A stretch of DNA of 60,903 nt from an uncultured Phycisphaerales bacterium (lineage in GTDB: Bacteria > Planctomycetota > Phycisphaerae > Phycisphaerales > SM1A02): the NCBI GenBank assembly GCA_938084645.1, contig CALKEP010000007.1:1-60903 (forward strand), given 5' to 3'. The stretch's first letter is position 1, and each line of letters starts with the position of its first letter. Below, in pieces: positions 21,148-30,508 of this stretch. The position numbers and the translations under genes were made by a program. The notes below the pieces were generated by a model that saw only the letters and a list, made by a program, of their open reading frames with translations, was not told the DNA's origin and did no database searches.

Positions 21148-23140
21148 CCGGGACCCGGGAACGGGCCGCGGGGGACGGGTCGGTCGCCGGCGCCGAGGCG
21201 GTGCCTTCGGCGAGTCGGGTGCGGATGCGGCGGGCGATGCTGGTGGCGTCGAGACCGACCTCGGCGAGCTGCTCGTCGCGACCGCCCTGATAGACCCAGT
21301 CGTCCGGCATGCCGCAGACCGTCACCAGTCGGGTGTCGAGGCCGAGCCGGTTCGCCGCCTCGAGCACCTGGGTGCCGAAGCCGCCCTTGACCGAGTGGTC
21401 CTCGATCGTGAACACGGGAATGCCCCGGCCGAGCAGATCGACGAGCAGGGCCTCGTCGACGGGCTTGGCGAACCGGGCGTCGTAGACGCTCGCGGCGTAC
21501 TCGTCCCCGAGCTGGTCGCGGATCTCCATCGCGGTGATCGCCATGGTGCCGAAGCCGAGGATCGCCACGTGCGGCTGGTCGACCTCGACCAGCGGGCGGG
21601 CCTTGCCGAGTTCGAACGGCGGGCACGGTTCGGCGGCGAATCGGTCGCTCACCTTGTCGCGGGGATAGCGGACCGCGGAGAGGCCCGTGTCGTAGCCGGC
21701 CATGAAGTCGAGCGCCGCCCGGAGGGACGGCTCGTCCATGGCGGCGGTGATCGCGGCCTTCGGCAGGGGCGTGAGGAGGCTCACGTCGCAGAATCCGTGG
21801 TGGACGGCACCGTCGCCGCCGACGTAACCGGCGCGGTCGAGGCAGAGCCGGACCGCGAGCCCCTGCAGGGAGACCTCCTGGAACGCCTGGTCGAAGGCTC
21901 GCTGGAGGAAGGTCGAGTACACCGCGAAGAACGGCCGGAGCCCGGTCTTCGCCATGCCCGCCATCATGTCCATCGCGTGGCTCTCGCAGATCCCGGTGTC
22001 CCAGGTGCGCTCGGGGAAGGCCTTCATCGCCTTGGTGAGCCCGGTGCCGTCGGGCATCGCCGCGGTGCACGCGACGACCTTCGAGTCCCGGGACATCAGG
22101 TCGGTCATCCCGTCGGCGAAGGCCGCGGTGAAGGACCGGCCGGACTTCTTGATCTCGACGCGGCAGCCTTCACGCTCGAGCGTGTCGTCGTCCGGCTGGT
22201 CGACGACCTCGAAGGCCCCCGGCGAATGGAACGCGGTGGCGTCTCCCTCGCTGAACGAATATCCCTTGCCCTTGACGGTCTTGACGTGCAGGACCATCGG
22301 ACGGTCGAAGCGGGCGGCCTCGTTGAAGAGATCGATCAGCGTCGGGAGATCGTGGCCGTCGGCGGGGCCGACGGTGACGATGTTGAACTTCTCGAACCAG
22401 GTGTCCTCGGAGATCATCGCCTTGCTCATCTCGCCCATGCGGTGATAGAGATCCGAGAGGGTCTCGCCGCCGGGGATGTGCTTCGCGATCTCCTTGGCAG
22501 CCTTCTTGAAGCCGCCGTAGGAATTGCTCAGTCGGACGCGATCGAAGTAGGCGGCCACGGCGCCCTGGGGCTTCGCGATCGACATGCCGTTGTCGTTCAG
22601 CACCACCAGGAACTGGCGCCCGAGGGTGCCCGCGTTGTTGAGACCTTCCATCGCCAGGCCGTTGACGATCGAGGCATCGCCGATGATCGAGACCACGCGA
22701 CGCCCGTCGGGATTGTCTTCGGTCCAACCTTGGCCGTTGACGGTATCGCCGCGGGCCATGCCGACCGCGGTCGAGATCGCGGTGCCCGCGTGACCGACGG
22801 CGAAGAGGTCGTAGTCGCTCTCCCGCGGTTCGGGGAAGCCGGACATGCCGGAACGGGTTCGAAGGCCCTCGAGCATCGGGAGCCGGCCGGTCAGAAGCTT
22901 GTGGGGATAGCACTGGTGGCCGACGTCGAAGAGGAGTCGATCGTGTCCGAAGTCGAACACGTAGTGCATCGCGATGGTCAGCTCGACCACGCCCAGGTTC
23001 GGTGCGAGGTGCCCGCCGCTCCTGCGGATCTGGTTGCAGATCGCCCACCGCATCTCCGCCGCCAGTTCGGGGAGTCGGTCGATCGGGATCCGCTTCAGAT
23101 CCTGCGGGGTGCGGATTCCGGAAAGCAGTTCGAGTTCCAT
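21140..23140 (-). CDS. dxs: 1-deoxy-D-xylulose-5-phosphate synthase
   Basis: GGHLAPNLGVVELT, DVGHQCYPHK, GHAGT, IGDAS...LNDN, ICESHA, YSTFLQRAFDQ, DGAVHHG. Confidence 0.98.
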   Translation of the reverse strand: MELELLSGIRTPQDLKRIPIDRLPELAAEMRWAICNQIRRSGGHLAPNLGVVELTIAMHYVFDFGHDRLLFDVGHQCYPHKLLTGRLPMLEGLRTRSGMSGFPEPRESDYDLFAVGHAGTAISTAVGMARGDTVNGQGWTEDNPDGRRVVSIIGDASIVNGLAMEGLNNAGTLGRQFLVVLNDNGMSIAKPQGAVAAYFDRVRLSNSYGGFKKAAKEIAKHIPGGETLSDLYHRMGEMSKAMISEDTWFEKFNIVTVGPADGHDLPTLIDLFNEAARFDRPMVLHVKTVKGKGYSFSEGDATAFHSPGAFEVVDQPDDDTLEREGCRVEIKKSGRSFTAAFADGMTDLMSRDSKVVACTAAMPDGTGLTKAMKAFPERTWDTGICESHAMDMMAGMAKTGLRPFFAVYSTFLQRAFDQAFQEVSLQGLAVRLCLDRAGYVGGDGAVHHGFCDVSLLTPLPKAAITAAMDEPSLRAALDFMAGYDTGLSAVRYPRDKVSDRFAAEPCPPFELGKARPLVEVDQPHVAILGFGTMAITAMEIRDQLGDEYAASVYDARFAKPVDEALLVDLLGRGIPVFTIEDHSVKGGFGTQVLEAANRLGLDTRLVTVCGMPDDWVYQGGRDEQLAEVGLDATSIARRIRTRLAEGTASAPATDPSPAARSRVPGA

Positions 23141-23237
23141 TCGTTCGTTCCGAGGGGGGCGTGCGGAATTCGTCGGACAAGGGCAGTGTAGCGATCAGAA
23201 ACCCCGAAAACGCGTTCGAAGGGGCCTGATTCCGGTT

Positions 23238-24095
23238 TCAGCGGGTTCGGACCGCGAGCATTCGGGTGAGGTCCCGCAGCGGCCCGGTGCGGTCCGGGGC
23301 CAGTCCCTCGAGCTCTCCGGCCGCGGTCGCGGCGAGCGACTCGATCTCCTCACGGCTCGCGTCGAGCCCGAGAATCGAGGGGAAGGTCCGTTTTCCGCTG
23401 GCCCGGTCCTTGCCGCCGGTCTTCCCCAGGTGCTCGGTGGACTGGGTCTCGTCGAGCACGTCATCCACGATCTGAAACATCAGGCCGATCGCGGTGCCGA
23501 AGCGATCGAGGTGGTCGAGGGTCTCGGCATCCGCATCGGCGGCCAGGGCGCCGCATCGGCAGGCGGCGCGGATCAAGGCCCCGGTCTTCAGTCGGTGGAT
23601 CAGGCGGAGCCGGGATTCTTCGTCCCGGACGTCTCCGGGAAAGACGCCCTCGGTGTCGTAGGACTGTCCGTCGATCATGAGCCGGGTGCCGGCGAGCACC
23701 TCGCGCAGGATCGCCAGTGGATTCCGCGGGCTCTCGGCCGCGACCTCGGCGGCGATGCACTGGAGGGCGTCGCCGGCGAGGATCGCCGCGCTCTCGTTGA
23801 ACGCACGATGAACCGTGGGTCTTCCGCGTCGAAGGTCGTCGTCGTCGAGCGCCGGCAGGTCGTCGTGGACGAGGCTGAACGCATGGATGCACTCGAGCGA
23901 GATCGCGGCGGGGATCGCGTCGTCGATCTCGCCACCCGCGGCGAGGCAGGCCTGGAGCGTGAGGATCGGGCGGAGTCGCTTGCCGCCGCCGAGGACCGCG
24001 TAGCGGACGGCCTCGTCGATCGCGGGCGCGAGATTCCGGGTGGTGATCGCGGCCTCCAGCGCGGCGTCGATCCGATCGATGAGGGCGTCCTGCAT
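23238..24095 (-). CDS. ispA: Polyprenyl (farnesyl/geranylgeranyl) diphosphate synthase
   Basis: GGKRLRP, SLVHDDLPALDDDDLRRG, AGDAL, GQ, KTGAL, FQIVDDVLD, GKTGGKD. Confidence 0.95.
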   Translation of the reverse strand: MQDALIDRIDAALEAAITTRNLAPAIDEAVRYAVLGGGKRLRPILTLQACLAAGGEIDDAIPAAISLECIHAFSLVHDDLPALDDDDLRRGRPTVHRAFNESAAILAGDALQCIAAEVAAESPRNPLAILREVLAGTRLMIDGQSYDTEGVFPGDVRDEESRLRLIHRLKTGALIRAACRCGALAADADAETLDHLDRFGTAIGLMFQIVDDVLDETQSTEHLGKTGGKDRASGKRTFPSILGLDASREEIESLAATAAGELEGLAPDRTGPLRDLTRMLAVRTR

Positions 24096-24206
24096 GGCGT
24101 GGGTTCGGTCTGGGGTGTGGCGTGGAGCGAGTGGAGCGATGCGGAGAATGATAACCATCCGAGCCTTCGGATCCCGGTCGCATCCGAGTAGCCGTATCAT
24201 CCTCGG

Positions 24207-24848
24207 ATGGACTTCATCGACGCGATCCTCGACTTCATGGCTCGCGGCGGCCTCGTGATGTGGCCGTTGCTCTTCCTGAGCATCCTCACGGTCAGCGTGG
24301 TGCTGGAGCGGGGGATCTTCTGGGGCCGCCTCGATTCACGGCGGGGGCGGAGCCGCTTCCGCACGCTCGCGGAAGCACTTCGCCGTGGCGACGTCCCGAA
24401 GGTCACGGGACTGGTGACGGGGGACGGATCGCCGTACGCCGACTTCGCCCGGGACGTCGTGGATCATCTGGATCAGGAGGATGGCGTCGACGACGCGACG
24501 GTGGCGGTGCTTTCGGAGGAGGTCCGACCCCGCTTCGAGCGAGGCCTGCTCCTGCTCTCGACCATCGTCACCGCGGCGCCGATGCTCGGCATCCTCGGCA
24601 CGGTGATCGGAATCATTCAGAGCTTCGAACTGCTTGGCGGCGACGCGACCATCACCGACCCCAACCAGGTCTCGGGCGGGATCGCCGAGGCCCTGATCAC
24701 GACCGCGGCGGGGCTCGTCGTGGCGTTGGTCGCCCTCTTTCCGTACATGCTCTTCCGAGGGCGACAGGAACGGGCGCTCGGTCGATTGGAGTCGCTCGCC
24801 ACCGCCGCGGTCACCGGGCTCGCGGCTGATCGAAGGAAGACCCCGTGA
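24207..24848 (+). CDS. MotA/TolQ/ExbB proton channel family protein
   Basis: GGLVMWPL, TAAPMLGILGTVIGIIQSF, GGIAEALITTAAGL. Confidence 0.93.
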   Translation: MDFIDAILDFMARGGLVMWPLLFLSILTVSVVLERGIFWGRLDSRRGRSRFRTLAEALRRGDVPKVTGLVTGDGSPYADFARDVVDHLDQEDGVDDATVAVLSEEVRPRFERGLLLLSTIVTAAPMLGILGTVIGIIQSFELLGGDATITDPNQVSGGIAEALITTAAGLVVALVALFPYMLFRGRQERALGRLESLATAAVTGLAADRRKTP

Positions 24849-26470
24849 CCGGGGGGGAGCCACGCTTTCAACTCGTCCCGCTCGATCCCGAGCTGGTGGG
24901 TCCCTTCGCGTTCGACGGCGAGAAATCCCTGCGGATCGGCCGGGACCCCGAGTCGGAGATCGTGCTTCCATACCCGTCGGTCTCCCGCCGACACGCCCAG
25001 ATTCGATTCGAGGACGACCGCTGCCTCCTGCTCGACGTGGGAAGTCGCCACGGGACCTATCTCAACGGCCAGCAGATCGAGACCGGGACCGTGGTCCACG
25101 TCGGCCATGGCGATCGCCTCGCGTTTCCGCCCCATGACTACCTGGTCCAGCTCGCCGGAGGCGAGGATGCGGGTGACGGTGCCATCGTCGAGCTCGACGA
25201 CGCGGCCAGCGACGAGGCCCAGGTCGAACAGATCTCCAGTCGCGAACTCAACCGGCTCGCAGCCCGTCGACTCGAGCTCCTGATGGATCGGGCGGGTGCG
25301 ATCAGCGAAGCGAGGGACCAGGAGGAACTGGTCGAATGCGTGCTCGAGATCCTGCTCGACGGCACGGGGTTCGCCCGGGCCGCGATCCTGCGGCCGGTCG
25401 AGGAGGACGATCGGGTGGAGGTGGTCGGCGCCCTCGGCCGGGCTTCGGACGACCGCCCGTTCAGTCGGACGCTGATCGCCGAAGCAAGGACGGGCAAGAC
25501 CGTGCGGCTCTCGAGCGAGCAGGATCTCTCCCGGGCGATGAGCATCGTCGCGGGTGGGGTCCAGTCCGCGATCTGCACGCCGGTCCGGTCCGGGGCGGTC
25601 ATCGACTGCCTGCTCTACCTGGACGCGACGGACTCCAGTGCCGATGCCGCGGACGACGCCGCCTACTGTGCCGCGATCGCCCGGCTTCACGGCCTGGCCC
25701 TGAGCAACCTGCAGCGAACGGAACTCGAACGCCGGCAGGAGAGTCTCGAACAGGAGATCAGGGCGGCGCGAAGCGTGCAGGAACGGATCATGCCGGCGCC
25801 CGACGGGGAGGTCGGGAGCATCCGCTACTCGATGCATGCCCGGCCGGGTCGCGTGGTCGCGGGCGACCTCTTCGGCTTCACGAACGTCCCCGACGGACGG
25901 ATCGCGTTCTTTCTCGGCGACGTCGCCGGGAAGGGGGCCGCGGCGGGGATGCTGATGGCGGTGATCCAGGCGTCGCTCGCGGCGTACTTCAGTGCGAACC
26001 AGTCGCCCGACGCGGCCATCGACCGCTTGAACGACTTCATCGAGTCGAGGACCGCGGCGAACGAGTTCAGCACGCTCTTCCTCGCGGAGATCGACACGAC
26101 CTCGGCCCGCTTGCGGACCGTGGACGCGGGCCACGGCTATGCGCTGCTCATTCGTGGCGGCGAGTCCACGGTCATCGAGTCGGACGGTGGGCCGCCGGTC
26201 GGCGCGGTGCGGGGCATTCCCTACGGCATGACCGAACACGCCCTTCAGGCGGGGGACCGGATCGTCCTCTACTCGGATGGCGTGGCGGAAGAGCCCGATT
26301 CGACCGGGGAGCAGTTCGGGGTCGAGCGGACCCGCACGGCCCTCGAGGGGAGCGCCACGGTCGCGGAGGACGTGGAGCGGGTGATGACCGCGCTTCGGGA
26401 GTTCGCAGGGGGCGAGGCCTACTCGGACGACGTCACCGTGGCATCGCTCGAAATCACCGCGATCGGCTGA
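24845..26470 (+). CDS. FHA + GAF + SpoIIE/PP2C (RsbU-like) phosphatase
   Basis: FHA IGR...VSRRHA...SRHGTYLNG; GAF SAICTPV...LYLD; PP2C VAGDLF, LGDVAGKG, DAGH, LYSDGV, DDVT. Confidence 0.93.
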   Translation: MTGGEPRFQLVPLDPELVGPFAFDGEKSLRIGRDPESEIVLPYPSVSRRHAQIRFEDDRCLLLDVGSRHGTYLNGQQIETGTVVHVGHGDRLAFPPHDYLVQLAGGEDAGDGAIVELDDAASDEAQVEQISSRELNRLAARRLELLMDRAGAISEARDQEELVECVLEILLDGTGFARAAILRPVEEDDRVEVVGALGRASDDRPFSRTLIAEARTGKTVRLSSEQDLSRAMSIVAGGVQSAICTPVRSGAVIDCLLYLDATDSSADAADDAAYCAAIARLHGLALSNLQRTELERRQESLEQEIRAARSVQERIMPAPDGEVGSIRYSMHARPGRVVAGDLFGFTNVPDGRIAFFLGDVAGKGAAAGMLMAVIQASLAAYFSANQSPDAAIDRLNDFIESRTAANEFSTLFLAEIDTTSARLRTVDAGHGYALLIRGGESTVIESDGGPPVGAVRGIPYGMTEHALQAGDRIVLYSDGVAEEPDSTGEQFGVERTRTALEGSATVAEDVERVMTALREFAGGEAYSDDVTVASLEITAIG

Positions 26471-26476
26471 CCGCGC

Positions 26477-27454
26477 TCAATCCGGCGTGTGCATGAAGCG
26501 GGTGGGGTCGCCGGCGCCGTCATGGGCGGCGTTGACCCATCGCTGCTGGTCGATCAGGTTGCCGATGCTCTCGCTTCGGGCGCTTCCGTCGACGTGCACG
26601 ACGGTGATCGCACGCTGGCGTCGGTAGGGGATCGCCTGGGCGCTGAAGACTTCGATCCGCTCGCTGCCGGTGATCGAGCCCCAGATCGTCTGGTCCGCGA
26701 GGATCGGCGGGGTGATCCAGGCCGCGCCCGGAAGACGATCGTCCTGCTCGGTGTAGATGCCGGGGCCGCGGAAGGTCGACGTGCCGAAGAGGATCAGCGA
26801 GCTGGCCTGGGTGGCCCGGCCGATGCTGCGGAGCACGAGCTTGCCCTTGGTCGGGATGGTGTTCTCCCCACCCGAGGTCTGCTGCCACTCGGAATTCGAG
26901 AAGCGGCACTGCACGCTGCCGGTCGCAGCGTCCTGCTCCCACCAGCCGCCGATGTAGAACGCGTTGTAGCCGAACCAGGGTTGTTCGGCGATCTGCAGGG
27001 CTTCCGGCTCGATGACGCCGACCTTTCCCTTCGAAGGGACGTTGTCGATCGCTTCGGAGTCGAGGTAGCCGATCATCGACTCGTAACCCCAGTCGAGATA
27101 CGGAAGCAGTCGCCACGGATAGGTCTGGGCGATGGCGGGATCGACCCGGCCCTCCACGACGTATCGGTACCGGACCTTCCACTGGGCCTGCGCCGCCTCG
27201 TCGAGGTAGCCGGGCATCACGTAGTCGTTGTTGCTGGCCGCGTAGCTCGACCAGCCGAGGTGCAGCTGTCGCAGCGTGTTCAGTTCGCGGGTCTGGCGGC
27301 TCGTCCGTCCCGCCGCCTGCAGCCCGGCGAGGATGAGCCCCATGAGCACCGCGATGATGCCGACCACGGTGAGGACCTCGACGATCGTGAATCCACGTCC
27401 GCCGGGGTTCGGAATCCGGCGCATCGCGGCTGGTCGGAGAGATCTGGTGGTCAT
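26477..27454 (-). CDS. Prepilin-type N-terminal cleavage/methylation protein (planctomycete DUF1559-like)
   Basis: G^FTIVEVLTVVGIIAVLMGLIL; LRQL; FGYN; C-terminal VVHVDGSA (H-X9-DG-type tail, His not evident). Confidence 0.85.
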   Translation of the reverse strand: MTTRSLRPAAMRRIPNPGGRGFTIVEVLTVVGIIAVLMGLILAGLQAAGRTSRQTRELNTLRQLHLGWSSYAASNNDYVMPGYLDEAAQAQWKVRYRYVVEGRVDPAIAQTYPWRLLPYLDWGYESMIGYLDSEAIDNVPSKGKVGVIEPEALQIAEQPWFGYNAFYIGGWWEQDAATGSVQCRFSNSEWQQTSGGENTIPTKGKLVLRSIGRATQASSLILFGTSTFRGPGIYTEQDDRLPGAAWITPPILADQTIWGSITGSERIEVFSAQAIPYRRQRAITVVHVDGSARSESIGNLIDQQRWVNAAHDGAGDPTRFMHTPD

Positions 27455-27598
27455 CGGAAGAAGTCCTTCAGGGCCCGGAGATCGGTTCGACGGCGTCCGC
27501 GGCCGGAAGGGCCCGGGGAGCGAACTACGCTCCGCAGCGGCGGGGCCGCCGGTTCCGTCGGATTGAGATGCTACATCGGCGATCGACGCTGCGGACGA

Positions 27599-28864
27599 TC
27601 AATCCGCCCGCCCGCCCTCGATCGTGACCCGTTCCACGAGTCCGGAGCGGATCTTCTCGACGCCGGATCCGAGTTCGCCGATCGGATCCGGGGGGACGAT
27701 GTCGACCACCTTCTGGCCGAGTTCGACCTCGCCGGCCTTGACCCTGGCCTCGAAGGTCTTGCATTCCCGGAGAAGTCTGTCGAGGATCTCGGCCTCGGGA
27801 ACGTTCGCCACCTTCTCGCCCTGCACGTAGATGATGCCGCGGCGGTCGCCGGCGAACACCGCGACGTCGGCGCCCTCGGCCTCGCCGGGGCCGTTCACGA
27901 TGCAGCCCATGACCGCCACCTTGATCGGGAGTTCGATCTCCGCGTCGAGGGTCCGCTTGACGTCCTCCACCAGGGTGAAGAGATCGACCTGGATGCGACC
28001 GCAGGTCGGGCAGGCGATGAGTTCGATGCCCTTGCGGGGGCGCATGTCGAGCGAGCAGAGGAGCTCCACGCCGTCCTCGACCTCGTAGACCGGATCACTC
28101 GCGTAGCTGATGCGGATGGTGTCGCCGATGCCGTTGGCGAGCAGGGTTCCGAGGGCGGCGATCGATCGGATCGAACCGGTCTCCCGGGTGCCCGCGTGCG
28201 TGACGCCGAGGTGCAGGGGGTAGTCGAAACGCTTGGAGATCTCGGTGTACGCGTCGATCACCAGGCGAGCGTCCATGGACTTCGCGCTGATCGCGACGTC
28301 GTGGAAGTCGCGGGCCTCGAAGATGTCGAGGTACTCCTCGAGTTTGGCGATCATGATCGCGAGCAGGTGGCCGGAGCGATGGCCCTCGAAGTAGGCGCCG
28401 AGCTCCTCCTGCCGCTTCTGCTTGTCCCGGCGCTCGATGATCGAGCCTTCGTTCACGCCGATGCGGATCGGAATGCCCGCCGACTTGCAGGCGTCGATCA
28501 CCGCGTTCACCTGGTCGCGGTCGCTGATGTTCCCGGGATTGAGCCGGATCTTGTGGACGCCCGCCTCGACCGCCTCGAGGGCCCGCTTGTAGTGGAAGTG
28601 CACGTCCGCCACGATGGGCACCGGGGTGGACTTCATGATCTCCGCGAGGGCCTCGGTGTCCTTTCGTTCCGGGACCGCGACCCGGACGATGTCCGCGCCG
28701 GCGTCGGAGAGCTTCGTGATCTCGGCGAGGCAGGTGTCGATGTCGTGGGTGTAGCACGAGGTCATCGACTGGACCGAGGGCAGGGCGTCTCCGCCGATGG
28801 TCACGCGTCCCACGCGGTCGTCGCCGAGCGTGAAGGACCTGGTCTGGCGTCGGGAATAGCTCAT
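27599..28864 (-). CDS. ispG: (E)-4-hydroxy-3-methylbut-2-enyl diphosphate synthase
   Basis: VQSMT, VADVHF, RLNPGNI, RIGVNEGS, PLHLGVT, GIGDTIRIS, CPTCGR, AVMGCIVNGPGEA. Confidence 0.97.
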   Translation of the reverse strand: MSYSRRQTRSFTLGDDRVGRVTIGGDALPSVQSMTSCYTHDIDTCLAEITKLSDAGADIVRVAVPERKDTEALAEIMKSTPVPIVADVHFHYKRALEAVEAGVHKIRLNPGNISDRDQVNAVIDACKSAGIPIRIGVNEGSIIERRDKQKRQEELGAYFEGHRSGHLLAIMIAKLEEYLDIFEARDFHDVAISAKSMDARLVIDAYTEISKRFDYPLHLGVTHAGTRETGSIRSIAALGTLLANGIGDTIRISYASDPVYEVEDGVELLCSLDMRPRKGIELIACPTCGRIQVDLFTLVEDVKRTLDAEIELPIKVAVMGCIVNGPGEAEGADVAVFAGDRRGIIYVQGEKVANVPEAEILDRLLRECKTFEARVKAGEVELGQKVVDIVPPDPIGELGSGVEKIRSGLVERVTIEGGRAD

Positions 28865-29011
28865 CGGCGGATTGTACGGGGTCGGCTGCCCTCGTTCCCG
28901 TCGCATGCCCGTTTCGTGGCGGGGATTCCCGTCTCTCGGTAGCATCCGAAGCGGCCTGCCCCCGTCATCGGAGTCGGTGTGGGGAGCCGGTGACATCCGG
29001 AGATCGGACCC

Positions 29012-30418
29012 ATGACGACCGCGACCGCCGCCGCCACCTCGCTCGATGGTGGCCCCAAGATCCGCCTCGGAATCATGATGTTCCTGCAGTACGCGGTCTG
29101 GGGGATCTGGCTTCCCGTGCTCGCGATCTACCTCATGGCGTCCAAGGACGAAGGCGGGCTTGGATTCAGCGGCGGAGACGTCGGCTGGATCCTCGGTGTC
29201 GCCGCCGCCTCCGGGGCGTTGACGGCCCCGTTCATCGCGGGCCAGATCGCGGACCGATTCCTCAACGCGGAGATCGCCCTCGGCGCGTTGCTGCTGATGG
29301 GCGGGGTGCTCAACATCGGGCTGGCGTACGTCACCGAATTCGCCCCGTTCCTGCTGCTCTCGGTCGCGTACTCGATCTGCTACATGCCCACGATCGCGCT
29401 GACCAATTCCATCTGCTTCGCGAATCTCGCCGATCCCGACACCGCCTTCCCGAGAGTGCGGGTGTGGGGCACGATCGGATGGATCGTGGCGAGCACGCTC
29501 TTCGGGCTGCTCTATCTCAACACCAACATCAGCCTCACCTGGATGCCCTGGTTCTTCCAGGGCGATCCGAAGCCTGAAGCGACGTCGCTCATCGCCAATG
29601 CGTTGATCTTCTCCGGCGTCATCTCGATGGCCTACGGGCTCTACGCGATGATCATGCTTCCCCGCACGCGGCCGTCGAAGAACTCGTCCCATCCCCTCGC
29701 GTTTCTCGAAGCGTTCGGACTGCTCCGATTTCGCGGTGTGCTGATCCTCACGATCGCCTCGCTCGCGATCTCGATGATCCACAACGTCTACTTCGTTCGA
29801 ACCGGCCCCTGGCTCGAGACGATCGGCTTTCCGAAGGGCGACATCGGCGCGGTGATGAGCGTCGGGCAGATCGTGGAGATCTTCGTCCTCGGCGTGCTGG
29901 GCTGGTTCCTGAAGCGGCTCGGCTTCCGACTGGTGATCACGATCGGGGCGATCGCCTACTTCCTGCGATTCGCGGACTTCGCGTGGGCCACCGACGGCGG
30001 GAAGAACCTCGCCTTCATCGGAATCGCGCTCCACGGCTTCTGCTTCGCGTTCTTCTTCGCCGCGGCGTTCATGTTCATCGATCGCGCAGCACCGAAGGAG
30101 GCTCGTCATTCGGCCCAGACCGCGTTCGGCATCGCGATCCTCGGCATCGGGCCGATCCTCTCCGGCTTCTTCAACGGCTGGCTCGATCAGGTGGGTGCGA
30201 CCGGCGATGCCGCCGCGAACCTCGGATCGACGACGATGTGGTGGCGGGACTTCCTGATGAACCGGCTCGGCATCGTGTACCCGGACGCGGGGGTGAGCTA
30301 CCCCGCCATCTGGTGGACGCTCGCCCTCGTCGGTGGCCTCGCCGCGATCCTGGTGGTGGTCGCCTTCACCGACGACTCCGCGAAATCGGCGTCCTCCGCC
30401 GAAGCGGCGGAGGGCTGA
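29012..30418 (+). CDS. MFS transporter, nucleoside:H+ symporter (NupG/XapB) family
   Basis: MMFLQYAVWGIW, GQIADRF, YMPTIALTNS, RVWGTIGW, SVGQIVE, LHGFCFAFF; about 12 TM segments. Confidence 0.9.
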   Translation: MTTATAAATSLDGGPKIRLGIMMFLQYAVWGIWLPVLAIYLMASKDEGGLGFSGGDVGWILGVAAASGALTAPFIAGQIADRFLNAEIALGALLLMGGVLNIGLAYVTEFAPFLLLSVAYSICYMPTIALTNSICFANLADPDTAFPRVRVWGTIGWIVASTLFGLLYLNTNISLTWMPWFFQGDPKPEATSLIANALIFSGVISMAYGLYAMIMLPRTRPSKNSSHPLAFLEAFGLLRFRGVLILTIASLAISMIHNVYFVRTGPWLETIGFPKGDIGAVMSVGQIVEIFVLGVLGWFLKRLGFRLVITIGAIAYFLRFADFAWATDGGKNLAFIGIALHGFCFAFFFAAAFMFIDRAAPKEARHSAQTAFGIAILGIGPILSGFFNGWLDQVGATGDAAANLGSTTMWWRDFLMNRLGIVYPDAGVSYPAIWWTLALVGGLAAILVVVAFTDDSAKSASSAEAAEG

Positions 30419-30447
30419 CCGCCGGCCCGGGCGACTCGAGGATCAGA

Positions 30448-30482
30448 ACGACCGCCCGCGGCGTGAAGCCGCGGGCGGTCGT
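30448..30482. terminator. Hairpin between convergent MFS and topA genes
   Basis: ACGACCGCCCGCGGC-GTGAA-GCCGCGGGCGGTCGT perfect 15-bp stem. Confidence 0.75.
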
Positions 30483-30508
30483 CGTTCCGGTCGAAGCAGA
30501 TCGTCGCG

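Noticed and set aside
27599..30109. Apparent long N-terminal extensions or fusions in the ORF track (ispG 836 aa, lexA 326 aa, AMP-ligase 754 aa, SPOR 727 aa, polyprenyl synthase 320 aa)
   Set aside because: The extensions overlap opposite-strand genes or look non-coding; downstream starts match family N-termini and promoter-like signals.
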